Made by a program: the position numbers and the translations under genes. The notes under the pieces are model-generated. The model ran no database searches and was not told the origin of the DNA. It was given only the letters and a program-made list of their open reading frames with translations. Shown here piece after piece: positions 49,820 to 58,989 of a stretch of 64,000 nt of DNA. The stretch lies in the IMG/VR virus record IMGVR_UViG_3300009502_000043, one strand, 5' to 3'. Source of the DNA: an uncultured virus (IMG/VR IMGVR_UViG_3300009502_000043). Lineage: Duplodnaviria; Heunggongvirae; Uroviricota; Caudoviricetes. The first letter of the stretch is position 1; each line of letters opens with the position of its first letter.

Positions 49820-51649
49820 ATGACAATTGACGAAATAAAATTACAGTTAACCACTGATCAAACATTGATGTTAGATCAGTGGTTTCTTGCATCAAAAATG
49901 TATTATACTGAAGAACCTATTTTACCTGATTCAGTTTTTGATGAGCTTGAAGAAGAACTCGTGAATTTAAATATTCCAGAATTGACAAATTTCATTAAAA
50001 CAACAATTTTCAATAAAACTGAAATGGTTGTTATTGATGAATATACACAGGAAATGATCAGTCTTAAAAAGGAAAAATATAAAGACAGATCATCTGTTGT
50101 TGAAATTAAAAAACCATTTATTGGAATTAAAAAACAATTAATGTATGCCCCTAAATTTGATGGAGCATCATTGAAAATAACGTTTGATTCACAACATGAA
50201 TACGAAGTAAAACAAATTCTTACTCGTGGTGGACTTGATATTACAAATCAATTCAAAAATCATAAGGATATACAGGAACAAAGAAAATTCAAATTACATA
50301 TTATTTGTGGTGAATTACTTTGTCCTAAAACTGTATTTAATACCAAATATTCTGATGAAGGTGATGGCGAATATAAAAATGCAAGAAATTTTGTTGGTGG
50401 ACTTGTTAAAACACAAAATATTCCTGAATCAATTAAAAATGATTTAAGATTTGAAGCCTGTACAGATGGTATAAATCCATTATTTGCAGGAAATTATAAT
50501 CCATCAGAAAGTTGGTGGACACCAATGAGATCAGAAGATTTCTATCATTTAGATGAAATCATGAAAAAATATAAAAGTGATGATTTCGCATATTTATGTG
50601 ATGGAATTGTTATTGCATATGAAGAGGAAGGTGATCGAAGAGTAAAAGATAATTATCCTCTCAATATGCTTGCAGTTAAATTTCCAGCTCCTCGTGCAAA
50701 AGCAAAAGTTATTGGATTTTCATGGAGTCAAAAGAAAGCCGGTAAACTTACACCAAAAGTTCTTATTGAAGATACTTATCTTGAAGGAAGTACATGTACA
50801 TGTGCGAATGGATATAATTACGAATATCTTTTAGATCATCATATTGGTATTGGTTCAATTGTTGAAATTGAAAAATCAGGTGATATTATTCCAATTGTTG
50901 TTAAAACATTATCTAATTCAAATGTTATAACAATGCCTGATTGTGAATATGAACGAAAAGGTAAACATTTAATTGCACTTGATTTAGAATTAACAAGACA
51001 ATATAAATTCATTTTAGGTTTGAGATCATTAAATATTGATGGTATTGGAGAAACACTTGGTGAACAAATTGGAGATGTTGTTAATTTTAGTATTTTTGAT
51101 TTATTTAATCCTGTTTATAAACCGGCAATTTGTCAAGTTCTTGGTGGTGGTAAAAATTGGCAGAAATTCCAAGAATTTTATACTATTAAAAAATTACCTT
51201 TAGATCATTTGATTATTTTACATCAATTTAATGGAGTTGGTCTTGTTATTGCTAAAAAAATCGCATTGTTATTGTTGAAAAAATCACATGATACAAGCAA
51301 TATTTCAGGTGATGTAATGTCAAATGTTTGTTCTGGTGAAGGTTTTAAAAGAATCAATGAATCAATACAATTTTTAAAAGTTCATGGTATTAATATTGTT
51401 GCACCAAGTGAAATCTCTGATGAAACAATCACTTTTGAAATGACTGGTGATCCTCCAGGAATGTCAAAAGCTCAATTTATTTTAAAATTTAAGGAAATGT
51501 ATCCAAATTCAGAACATATTGGATTAACAAAAACAACAAAATTTTTGTTTTGTGAAGATATTAATGGACAAGGTGGAAAATGTAACAAAGCAAGAAAATA
51601 TAATATCAAAAGAGTTTCATACAAAGATGCATTGAATAATAATTTATAA
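49820..51649 (+). CDS. ligA: NAD-dependent DNA ligase
   Basis: YY..EPILPD..FD, MISL.K, PKFDG, LTRG, GE, NARN, DGIV, AVKF, SGDIIP, HhH GIG motifs, BRCT-like tail. Confidence 0.9.
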   Translation: MTIDEIKLQLTTDQTLMLDQWFLASKMYYTEEPILPDSVFDELEEELVNLNIPELTNFIKTTIFNKTEMVVIDEYTQEMISLKKEKYKDRSSVVEIKKPFIGIKKQLMYAPKFDGASLKITFDSQHEYEVKQILTRGGLDITNQFKNHKDIQEQRKFKLHIICGELLCPKTVFNTKYSDEGDGEYKNARNFVGGLVKTQNIPESIKNDLRFEACTDGINPLFAGNYNPSESWWTPMRSEDFYHLDEIMKKYKSDDFAYLCDGIVIAYEEEGDRRVKDNYPLNMLAVKFPAPRAKAKVIGFSWSQKKAGKLTPKVLIEDTYLEGSTCTCANGYNYEYLLDHHIGIGSIVEIEKSGDIIPIVVKTLSNSNVITMPDCEYERKGKHLIALDLELTRQYKFILGLRSLNIDGIGETLGEQIGDVVNFSIFDLFNPVYKPAICQVLGGGKNWQKFQEFYTIKKLPLDHLIILHQFNGVGLVIAKKIALLLLKKSHDTSNISGDVMSNVCSGEGFKRINESIQFLKVHGINIVAPSEISDETITFEMTGDPPGMSKAQFILKFKEMYPNSEHIGLTKTTKFLFCEDINGQGGKCNKARKYNIKRVSYKDALNNNL

Positions 51650-51655
51650 AAAACC

Positions 51656-52027
51656 ATGGAAGAACTTATTAAAAAATTTATATTTGAACCAAATGTTTGG
51701 ATTAAATTCGAATCAAATGGTATAACTTGTGTTGGAAGAACAATTGCGTTTGAAGATAAACAAATTGTTTCATTTACTTCAAGTATTGGTGTATCATCTA
51801 TAATTGATTTTCATGAAATTCAAAATCCTACCAAATTAACATTTGTTAAAGATACTGATATGGATGTAAAAATTTGGGGCAAAGTTAAAGGAAATTTACG
51901 TTTTTATAAACATGAAATCCCAGTAAACCAGGAAAATTTATTTCCAATTGAAGAAATTTTCGATGAAAAAATAGATAAATTTTCAGCTAATCCATTATTT
52001 ATAATTAAACCAAAAGCGGAATGTTAA
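51656..52027 (+). CDS. hypothetical protein
   Basis: 123 aa ORF. Confidence 0.55.
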   Translation: MEELIKKFIFEPNVWIKFESNGITCVGRTIAFEDKQIVSFTSSIGVSSIIDFHEIQNPTKLTFVKDTDMDVKIWGKVKGNLRFYKHEIPVNQENLFPIEEIFDEKIDKFSANPLFIIKPKAEC

Positions 52028-52038
52028 TAAAATTCCAT

Positions 52039-52075
52039 AAAAAATGGCCGAAATTAAGTTTTCAGGCCATTTTTT
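52039..52075 (+). terminator. Intrinsic terminator
   Basis: AAAAATGGCCGAAA...TTTCAGGCCATTTTTT. Confidence 0.75.
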
Positions 52076-52109
52076 ATTTATTTTATTTTGTCGAATTACA
52101 CACGTTTGT

Positions 52110-52137
52110 CTATATTATTTAATATAAATGGATAAAT
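52110..52137 (+). promoter_or_regulatory. Putative phage promoter motif, variant
   Basis: CTATATT-N13-GGATAAAT. Confidence 0.65.
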
Positions 52138-52213
52138 ATATTAATTCAAATTTTAACCTTTTTTGAATTAAGTATAAAAAATACCTTAATCTACTTAAAA
52201 ATTTTAAACCATT

Positions 52214-53164
52214 ATGCAAATAGAAAATTTTTCTTCAATCGAAAGTCAGTTGTTGTCAGCATTTAATCAGGGTAATAAAACTTTCGATGGCTTATTGGGT
52301 ACAGTTCCTTTTGGTGAAAAAACATTAACAATCACTTTGGAAGGACTTTTATCCAAAAACGTACTTAAATTTGATAAGAAAACATCAAAATATGAGTATG
52401 ATTCGCCTATTTCTGATGAAATGATAATACTTGATGGAAACATCTTATTACCAACAACAGTAATCAGAATACCCAACAAGGGAATTATGTATGTTTCTCG
52501 TGGTTCATGGTATCAATTTCCAATTGATTTTGATATTAGAAGAATTATTTGGAATGTCAAATTGCAATCTAAAACAAATTCTACTCTCGTTGAATTGATT
52601 AAAACATCAATTCTTAAAGAACGTAAATCCAAAATTATCCAGTTACCTGAATATGAAAGTTTACGAAATAAAATTGTTCCTTATTCGCCAACAATTGGTT
52701 TAATGATCAATACAGTTGGAGAAGAATTTACAGATATTTCGATCCAATTCAAAATTAAACTGGTTAATGAAGATATTTCTCCAGAACATCGTGGATTTTC
52801 TGTTCGTACTGAAATTTCAACAACAGAACTGTTACAACAATTAAAAACACCTGTTGCACAAAGAAATTATATTGAATGTATTAAAATAAATCAAATCTTT
52901 AATTTTAGTGATTTCATATTTTCAAAAAATGAAATTCCTGTAAGTATTAAAAATTCAGAATTAACTTATGTTAAAATCACTGGTGTTAAAAAACAGTTTG
53001 AATTGACATATTTTAAACTTGGATTAAATGGAATGTCAACAAAATTAGATGTTGAAAATTATGATGATTCAAATGAAGCAATTGAAAAACTTCGTGATAT
53101 TTTCAGAGGAATGCCAAATTTGATTTTATCAGAAAATAATTTTATGTGCGAACTTACAGAGTAA
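52214..53164 (+). CDS. hypothetical protein, possible N-terminal winged helix
   Basis: 316 aa; first ~62 aa show a helix-helix-helix-hairpin pattern. Confidence 0.55.
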   Translation: MQIENFSSIESQLLSAFNQGNKTFDGLLGTVPFGEKTLTITLEGLLSKNVLKFDKKTSKYEYDSPISDEMIILDGNILLPTTVIRIPNKGIMYVSRGSWYQFPIDFDIRRIIWNVKLQSKTNSTLVELIKTSILKERKSKIIQLPEYESLRNKIVPYSPTIGLMINTVGEEFTDISIQFKIKLVNEDISPEHRGFSVRTEISTTELLQQLKTPVAQRNYIECIKINQIFNFSDFIFSKNEIPVSIKNSELTYVKITGVKKQFELTYFKLGLNGMSTKLDVENYDDSNEAIEKLRDIFRGMPNLILSENNFMCELTE

Positions 53165-53183
53165 TAATCATTAAACTAAAGAA

Positions 53184-53921
53184 ATGACAGCTGGAGGATT
53201 AACAACAATCTTAAAATTAGATGTTGATATTAATGATCAAAACATAAGAGCATGTTCACCATTATCTGCATTTAACAATTTTATTCAGGAAATATCACGA
53301 ATGTGTGATGAAGTTTTTTATCCTGATTACAGAGGTAATGTGAATCAAATGTTAATGCGAAATGAAATATTTTTCGAAGATTATTCAATTTTATTTTTCA
53401 ACTTTATAAAGTTATCATATGTTGATCATGGAATAAAAATAAATTTCATTGGAGACATTGATATGGATAAATTATCATATGTTGAAAAATTTATTGTCGA
53501 AAAAGAAAAAATTATCTTTTTGTTTCAAAAGTATTTGTATATAATTTCAGAAGTATCTGAAAATTATGATCATACAATTGCTCAGAAATATGTTGATGAT
53601 ATTTTCAAAAAAGTAAAATCTACCAAAACTGAAACAGAAATGTTTCTCGTACCTCACAAAAATAAAATTAATCATTTATTTGATAATAATGATCATACAT
53701 TAGAAAAGTTATACAACAAATTTTCATATGTTATTACTTTCATCAATAATAAGCATACCTTTACTTATAAATTAATGAGAGTATTATCATCTGATTTAGA
53801 TGAATCAAAATCATTGGAAAATATCAGATTTTTAGAAAAAGAAACTATCAAATTTGATACAATTAATATTTTTGAGTTAAGTAACTTTTTATGCAAATTG
53901 TATTATTACGGAGAAATTTAA
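53184..53921 (+). CDS. hypothetical protein
   Basis: 245 aa ORF. Confidence 0.6.
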   Translation: MTAGGLTTILKLDVDINDQNIRACSPLSAFNNFIQEISRMCDEVFYPDYRGNVNQMLMRNEIFFEDYSILFFNFIKLSYVDHGIKINFIGDIDMDKLSYVEKFIVEKEKIIFLFQKYLYIISEVSENYDHTIAQKYVDDIFKKVKSTKTETEMFLVPHKNKINHLFDNNDHTLEKLYNKFSYVITFINNKHTFTYKLMRVLSSDLDESKSLENIRFLEKETIKFDTINIFELSNFLCKLYYYGEI

Positions 53922-53935
53922 AAAATTATTATCAA

Positions 53936-55864
53936 ATGATAGACGAAAGTGTTTTAGATCAAGATATGCTCGATACGGGAATACTTGATTATGTTGAACC
54001 TGAAAAAGATTTACATTATAACATCAGAAATGTTGAACAAAAAGATATTATTGAAGCAGTAAAAGCATGTTTGAAAGTATCAGATTTAATACAACCAAAT
54101 AAGTCTTTAGTAAATTCAGTTTTTGCAATTTTGACAACATTATATCTTGAAGACAAAAAATATGCAATAATTGAAGCACCTACAGGTAGTGGAAAAACAA
54201 TCATTGGATTTATGGTATATTTTTGTACACAATATCTTCATTATAGATGTGAACAAAAAGATCAATTAAATTCAATTGCAAAACCTGGTGAACCATTGAA
54301 AAATGTTGCATATTTTTTAACATCAGCAAAAATGTTACAAGAGCAAATTGATAAAGATTTAGATCGATTTACTTTTCGCGATTATATTTCAATGGTTAAA
54401 GGTGTTGATAATTATGAATGTATTGATGCAACTAAAAAAGCCAAACATATGTTGGCTCCAGGTGAAAAAATAAAATATTCAGAAAGAAGTTGTATTGGAA
54501 TGGTTAAGAAAGATAGACAAATAATATATTCACATTGTGATAATATTTGTTCATATCAACTCGCAAGACTTGAAGCTTCTGAAAAATCATGTACAGTATT
54601 AAATTACGCTTATTTCTTAAATGTCCTGAAAGGTGAATTTAATCCATTTTTCGCAAAACGTTTTTTAACAATTGCTGATGAAGCTCATTTAATTCCCGAT
54701 ATTGTTTGTAATATCTTCAATTATGAATTTACTCAGTATATTATTAACAGAGCTTTCAAAATATTGAATGAAATCGAATTTACATATGGTGATAAAGATA
54801 TGCTTGATATGAAATCTTCGTTAATGATTTGTTTTAAAGTATTCAATGAACCATTGAACAGATTATCTGAAGTAATGGATTATTTGAATAATTTGAAAAT
54901 ATTTTACGATAAATTCATTGAACTTGAAAAAGTAAAACCAGAAGTATTAAATACACATAAAATTACCATTTATAAGTTGATTGAATCTTTAAAATCAATA
55001 CTTGAAAGTATTGAATCTATAAATGATTTAATAATAAATCGTCCAGAAGATATTTATTTTGAATCTGAAGAAGTTGCATTTGAAAAAATAACAGGTGCTA
55101 AAGTTTACAAGCATATTGTTAAAGATTTATCTGAAGCTGAAATGGTTCGTAAATATTTCCTAACCAAAGTAAATAAGTGTGTTTTTATGTCTGCAACTCT
55201 TGGAGATGTTGATGAATATGCAAAAATGATGGGAATGGCTGAAAATGAATATGGTGGATTAAGATTACCATCATCATTCAATTTTGAAACTTCACCAGTT
55301 TATCTTTGTAGATCAGGATGGTTAAATTATGCTAATTTTGAAAATAATATTGACAAAATTCTTATGGATACTTTGAAAATTTGTGAAAGTTATCATCCAA
55401 ATGAAAAAGGTATTGTACATACTTCAACATTCAAAATTTGCCAATTATTACAAACAAAAGTCAATAATAAATTGGTTAAAAGTCCAGATCGTTATCTTTT
55501 TTACAAAACTGCTGAAGAAAAGGAAAATTGCGTAAAGTTAATGATGAATAGTCAAATTCCTTATGTAATTATTGGTCCTTCACTTTATGAAGGATTAGAT
55601 TTGAAAGATGATGCTGGAAGATTCAATATTCTTATGAAAGTACCATATTCTGGCTTAAGTGATTATGTCAAGAAAAAAATGGAAAGATTTCCTTTTTGGT
55701 ACAGACGTAATGTGTTGGAAAAAATTACACAAGCTGTTGGACGTACAAATCGTCATGTTAACGATTATTCAACAACATATTTGCTTGATTCATCATTTGA
55801 TAAAATCATTTATGATACAAATCAAATAATAGTTGATAGATTACAATTCAAAACAATAAGGTGA
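53936..55864 (+). CDS. DinG/YoaA (XPD-like) helicase
   Basis: EAPTGSGKT, LQEQ, KG..NY.C and further Cys, NYAY, DEAH, SATL, EGLDL, KVPY, QAVGR..R...D, LLD. Confidence 0.9.
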   Translation: MIDESVLDQDMLDTGILDYVEPEKDLHYNIRNVEQKDIIEAVKACLKVSDLIQPNKSLVNSVFAILTTLYLEDKKYAIIEAPTGSGKTIIGFMVYFCTQYLHYRCEQKDQLNSIAKPGEPLKNVAYFLTSAKMLQEQIDKDLDRFTFRDYISMVKGVDNYECIDATKKAKHMLAPGEKIKYSERSCIGMVKKDRQIIYSHCDNICSYQLARLEASEKSCTVLNYAYFLNVLKGEFNPFFAKRFLTIADEAHLIPDIVCNIFNYEFTQYIINRAFKILNEIEFTYGDKDMLDMKSSLMICFKVFNEPLNRLSEVMDYLNNLKIFYDKFIELEKVKPEVLNTHKITIYKLIESLKSILESIESINDLIINRPEDIYFESEEVAFEKITGAKVYKHIVKDLSEAEMVRKYFLTKVNKCVFMSATLGDVDEYAKMMGMAENEYGGLRLPSSFNFETSPVYLCRSGWLNYANFENNIDKILMDTLKICESYHPNEKGIVHTSTFKICQLLQTKVNNKLVKSPDRYLFYKTAEEKENCVKLMMNSQIPYVIIGPSLYEGLDLKDDAGRFNILMKVPYSGLSDYVKKKMERFPFWYRRNVLEKITQAVGRTNRHVNDYSTTYLLDSSFDKIIYDTNQIIVDRLQFKTIR

Positions 55865-55874
55865 TTAATAACTT

Positions 55875-55905
55875 AAGGGGGTCTGATTAAATTCAGAGCC
55901 CCTTT
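55875..55905 (+). terminator. Intrinsic terminator
   Basis: AAGGGGGTCTGA...TCAGAGCCCCTTT. Confidence 0.65.
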
Positions 55906-55936
55906 CGTTGATAAAAAACGTTTATAGTTAAACGTC

Positions 55937-55964
55937 CCATAATAAAAAAAATACATGGATATAT
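55937..55964 (+). promoter_or_regulatory. Putative phage promoter motif, variant
   Basis: CCATAAT-N13-GGATATAT. Confidence 0.7.
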
Positions 55965-56005
55965 GATTTATAATCAAGAAATAATGTAAAATAATTCAAA
56001 CGAAA

Positions 56006-56605
56006 ATGAAAAACAAGAACACTCGTAATTTCCTTGAAGTTATGATGAAATTACGTCGCATTTCGATGAATTTGGAAATTGAAAAAGTAACTAAAAGCTT
56101 AGAAATTATTCTTGGTCCACAAGACACAATTAGCTTTGATGTTACAAAGAAATGTTTCATTATTAATTCGATAACTTGCGGATTACATTTTCCAAATTGG
56201 CACCCTAAACCATCTGATATTGATTTCATATTGGGCAATTTTTCAGATGATCAAATATTTTTAGCAACTGAAAAAATAAATATCGAAATATTCAATATTT
56301 ATAAAGACATGGATGCTATATTGTTATATGGTAGTTTATATTCCATATTAATGTTGATGAAACTTCCTGAAAATCAATTGACACCAAGAATTACATTAAA
56401 TTTTGGAAAATATTCAATCATTTATAATGATTTTGTAAATAAATTTATGATTGCCGATATTGAACAAGATTCGGAATTTTTTCATGAATTTAATCCAAAT
56501 ATATTATTTCCAGAATTGTTGAAACATCAAAAATATTCTGATGTTTTTAAAGCTTTGGATGAAACTTTTAATAAATTGGTATTTAAATCTAATTTACTAC
56601 GTTAA
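56006..56605 (+). CDS. hypothetical protein
   Basis: 199 aa ORF. Confidence 0.6.
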   Translation: MKNKNTRNFLEVMMKLRRISMNLEIEKVTKSLEIILGPQDTISFDVTKKCFIINSITCGLHFPNWHPKPSDIDFILGNFSDDQIFLATEKINIEIFNIYKDMDAILLYGSLYSILMLMKLPENQLTPRITLNFGKYSIIYNDFVNKFMIADIEQDSEFFHEFNPNILFPELLKHQKYSDVFKALDETFNKLVFKSNLLR

Positions 56606-57402
56606 TGTCTGAAATTATTGATGCGAAAATAATAACACCGAAACCAGTTGTATCTTGGTGGAAAAGTGGTGACCCATGCTTGTATATATCTAAATGGAGA
56701 AATAAATTGACAGAAATAAATGTTATCGAAACAAAACATTTATCTGATGAATTTATTCAAATTTGTATTGAAGAAAAACATTCCATATTTCTCCATGTAA
56801 ATATTACAGGTATGGGTAAAACTATTTTTGAACCAAAAATTCCAACCGTAAAGGAAACGTTTTTCCAAATAAAAAAATTAATTGATTTAGGATTTCCACA
56901 AAAACAAATACTTGTTTGTGTTGATCCAATATTACCAAATGATAATGGATTGAATGCTCTTAAACTTTTACTCAAAGTATTTACAGAATATAGAGTATTA
57001 AGATTAAGAAATGTTAGATTTAATGTTCTCCATTATAAAGAAATCGAAAGTACATCAAATAAAAAATATACAATTGCAAATCAGAACATAACTTCCAGAC
57101 AATCAACAAAAGGAATTATGCAATATTTAACATCTTCACCAACTTTTTTTAAAGATTATTATAAATTGATTGATCAGTATAAAACAATTATTTCTGTTGA
57201 TCATTCAATTGAAGCAAAAGTTGGAATACGTGAACTTATTGTATTTGGTTATAAAAATGAATGGATTAATACTGATGGAAGTCGAGAAAAAATTATCGAA
57301 TATGAAAAAGGTAATAAATTCAAACCTTTATTAAATGTTATATCTGATAAAAATCCAATTCGTTGTCAAAATCGATGTTTGCTTTGTGCACATAAATATT
57401 GA
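56605..57402 (+). CDS. DUF1848-like (radical SAM/spore photoproduct lyase-related) protein
   Basis: ETK, H.NITG.G....EP.IP, DPI.P, C-terminal CxxxCxxC (CQNRCLLC). Confidence 0.6.
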   Translation: MSEIIDAKIITPKPVVSWWKSGDPCLYISKWRNKLTEINVIETKHLSDEFIQICIEEKHSIFLHVNITGMGKTIFEPKIPTVKETFFQIKKLIDLGFPQKQILVCVDPILPNDNGLNALKLLLKVFTEYRVLRLRNVRFNVLHYKEIESTSNKKYTIANQNITSRQSTKGIMQYLTSSPTFFKDYYKLIDQYKTIISVDHSIEAKVGIRELIVFGYKNEWINTDGSREKIIEYEKGNKFKPLLNVISDKNPIRCQNRCLLCAHKY

Positions 57403-57458
57403 AAGTTATTCAGAATTAATCCAAAAATAAATTATTTTTAAAATTTTCATATTTTTGT

Positions 57459-57486
57459 CCATATTCAGAAATTAAATAGGATATAT
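57459..57486 (+). promoter_or_regulatory. Putative phage promoter motif, exact
   Basis: CCATATT-N13-GGATATAT. Confidence 0.75.
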
Positions 57487-57531
57487 AAATTAATAAAGAA
57501 ACACATACTTATAATTTATTAATAAACTGAT

Positions 57532-57837
57532 ATGGACAACGATAAAAACAATAATATTTCTGAAATAGATTTGACGAAGATAGATTGGAATAAATTGTCT
57601 GTAGAAGAATTTAATCAATTAGAATTAGAATTAAATCAAAAAGAAAGAAAAGCAAGAATTGCTGCTCAAGTTGGTGCCAAAAGAATAACAGGGAATACAA
57701 CGATTGTAATCAAAGGTGCCATGTATAATATTAAAACAGTAGATTACAATCGTTTAAAAGCTATGAAATCTCCAAAAGCAAAAGAAAAATTAATCAAAGA
57801 GATATTAGCAACAAATCAGAAAATTGAGAGTATTTAA
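57532..57837 (+). CDS. Small protein with basic C-terminal half
   Basis: 101 aa; C-terminal segment similar to that of ORF 57876. Confidence 0.65.
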   Translation: MDNDKNNNISEIDLTKIDWNKLSVEEFNQLELELNQKERKARIAAQVGAKRITGNTTIVIKGAMYNIKTVDYNRLKAMKSPKAKEKLIKEILATNQKIESI

Positions 57838-57875
57838 ACATACATTTATTAATAATTATTAAAAATCATTTCAAG

Positions 57876-58439
57876 ATGACACAAGAAAATCAGAATGCTG
57901 ACGTTTTGTCAGAAGGTTTGGAAGTTGGTGAAGTTGTAGCACCAGAAACAGGCGAAAAAGCTCCTAAAGTAAAAAAAGATCAAACACCGGAAGAAGCCGC
58001 ACAAATTGAAGCAGGTATTGCAAAAATCAAACAATTTGGTGTAGGTACAAAGTTTGCCTTGGTTATGGACAACCTGGCAGTTGCCTGGAACAGTGGTGAC
58101 AAAGATGTTTTGACTGCTAACAAAGAAGCTCTTATGAAAGAGTTTGGTGGTTCTGAAAACCTTAAAGATTATATCGATGGTGATTTCCAGGCTGAACTTA
58201 CCGAAATTCAGGGAACTGCAAAAGTTTGTTCTATCCTGAATAACGTAAAATCATTTTACGCTCGCCGGGCAACAACAACCAAAGCAAAAACTGTTCAGGT
58301 TAATATCGGTGGTACATTGTACAATGTTGATGCAGCTTACTATGCTGAAATTGCAAACGAAACTCGCGAAACAAAACGTGAACTTTTACTTGCACATGCC
58401 GGTACCCAGGTTGCTACATCAGTACCAGAAGTACTGTAG
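57876..58439 (+). CDS. hypothetical protein, probably highly expressed
   Basis: 187 aa; visibly more C/G-ending codons (AAC, ATC, GCC, CAG) than neighbours; own terminator. Confidence 0.75.
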   Translation: MTQENQNADVLSEGLEVGEVVAPETGEKAPKVKKDQTPEEAAQIEAGIAKIKQFGVGTKFALVMDNLAVAWNSGDKDVLTANKEALMKEFGGSENLKDYIDGDFQAELTEIQGTAKVCSILNNVKSFYARRATTTKAKTVQVNIGGTLYNVDAAYYAEIANETRETKRELLLAHAGTQVATSVPEVL

Positions 58440-58470
58440 TCAGTAAAAAAGCTCAATACAGATTAGATTT

Positions 58471-58513
58471 AAAACCCTGGGGACTAACAATAACAATACC
58501 CAGGGTTTTTTTT
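58471..58513 (+). terminator. Intrinsic terminator
   Basis: AAAACCCTGGGG...CCCAGGGTTTT followed by further Ts. Confidence 0.8.
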
Positions 58514-58540
58514 TCCTAAAGTTATTAAAAACATCAAAAC

Positions 58541-58950
58541 GGGGAATCTTGGTTTTGACAGCATAGAGACAGGTAATCATTCAACACGAATATGATAAAA
58601 TTTCGGTAAAAAGTTATCAAAAACAATAACAGGCAAAGGAAAAATCGTGAATTTCTTAGACAAGGTCTTTGGAAATTCAAACGAAGAAGTATCAATGCAA
58701 ATTGCTGCTTAATTTCATAACTTATTATTTTTTAATGAAAAGAGTTTGGGATTTACAGAGTTAATGAAAATTCCTGGTGGAAACTGGTGGAGTGTATCAA
58801 AACCAGTCAGCCCAAATTTTGGTTGTTTTATTAAAAGGTTTTGTCCTGAAAAACAACATACTGATGTGATTGTGAAAGAATCACAAGAAGTTGTAGCAAG
58901 ATGATTATTGGTCCTTTGTTTGGACACCGGTTCGAGTCCGGTATTCTCCA
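58541..58950 (+). ncRNA. ssrA: tmRNA
   Basis: 5' GGGGAAT pairs with 3' ATTCTCC-A, giving the G3:U Ala identity pair; GGTTTTGAC D-loop; T-arm ACCGG-TTCGAGT-CCGGT; GTAATCAT/ATGATTAT helix; tag frame 58632-58712 ending IAA-stop; CCA not encoded. Confidence 0.93.
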
Positions 58951-58989
58951 CTAATAATGATTTGAATAAAAATCAGATCAAACAATATT

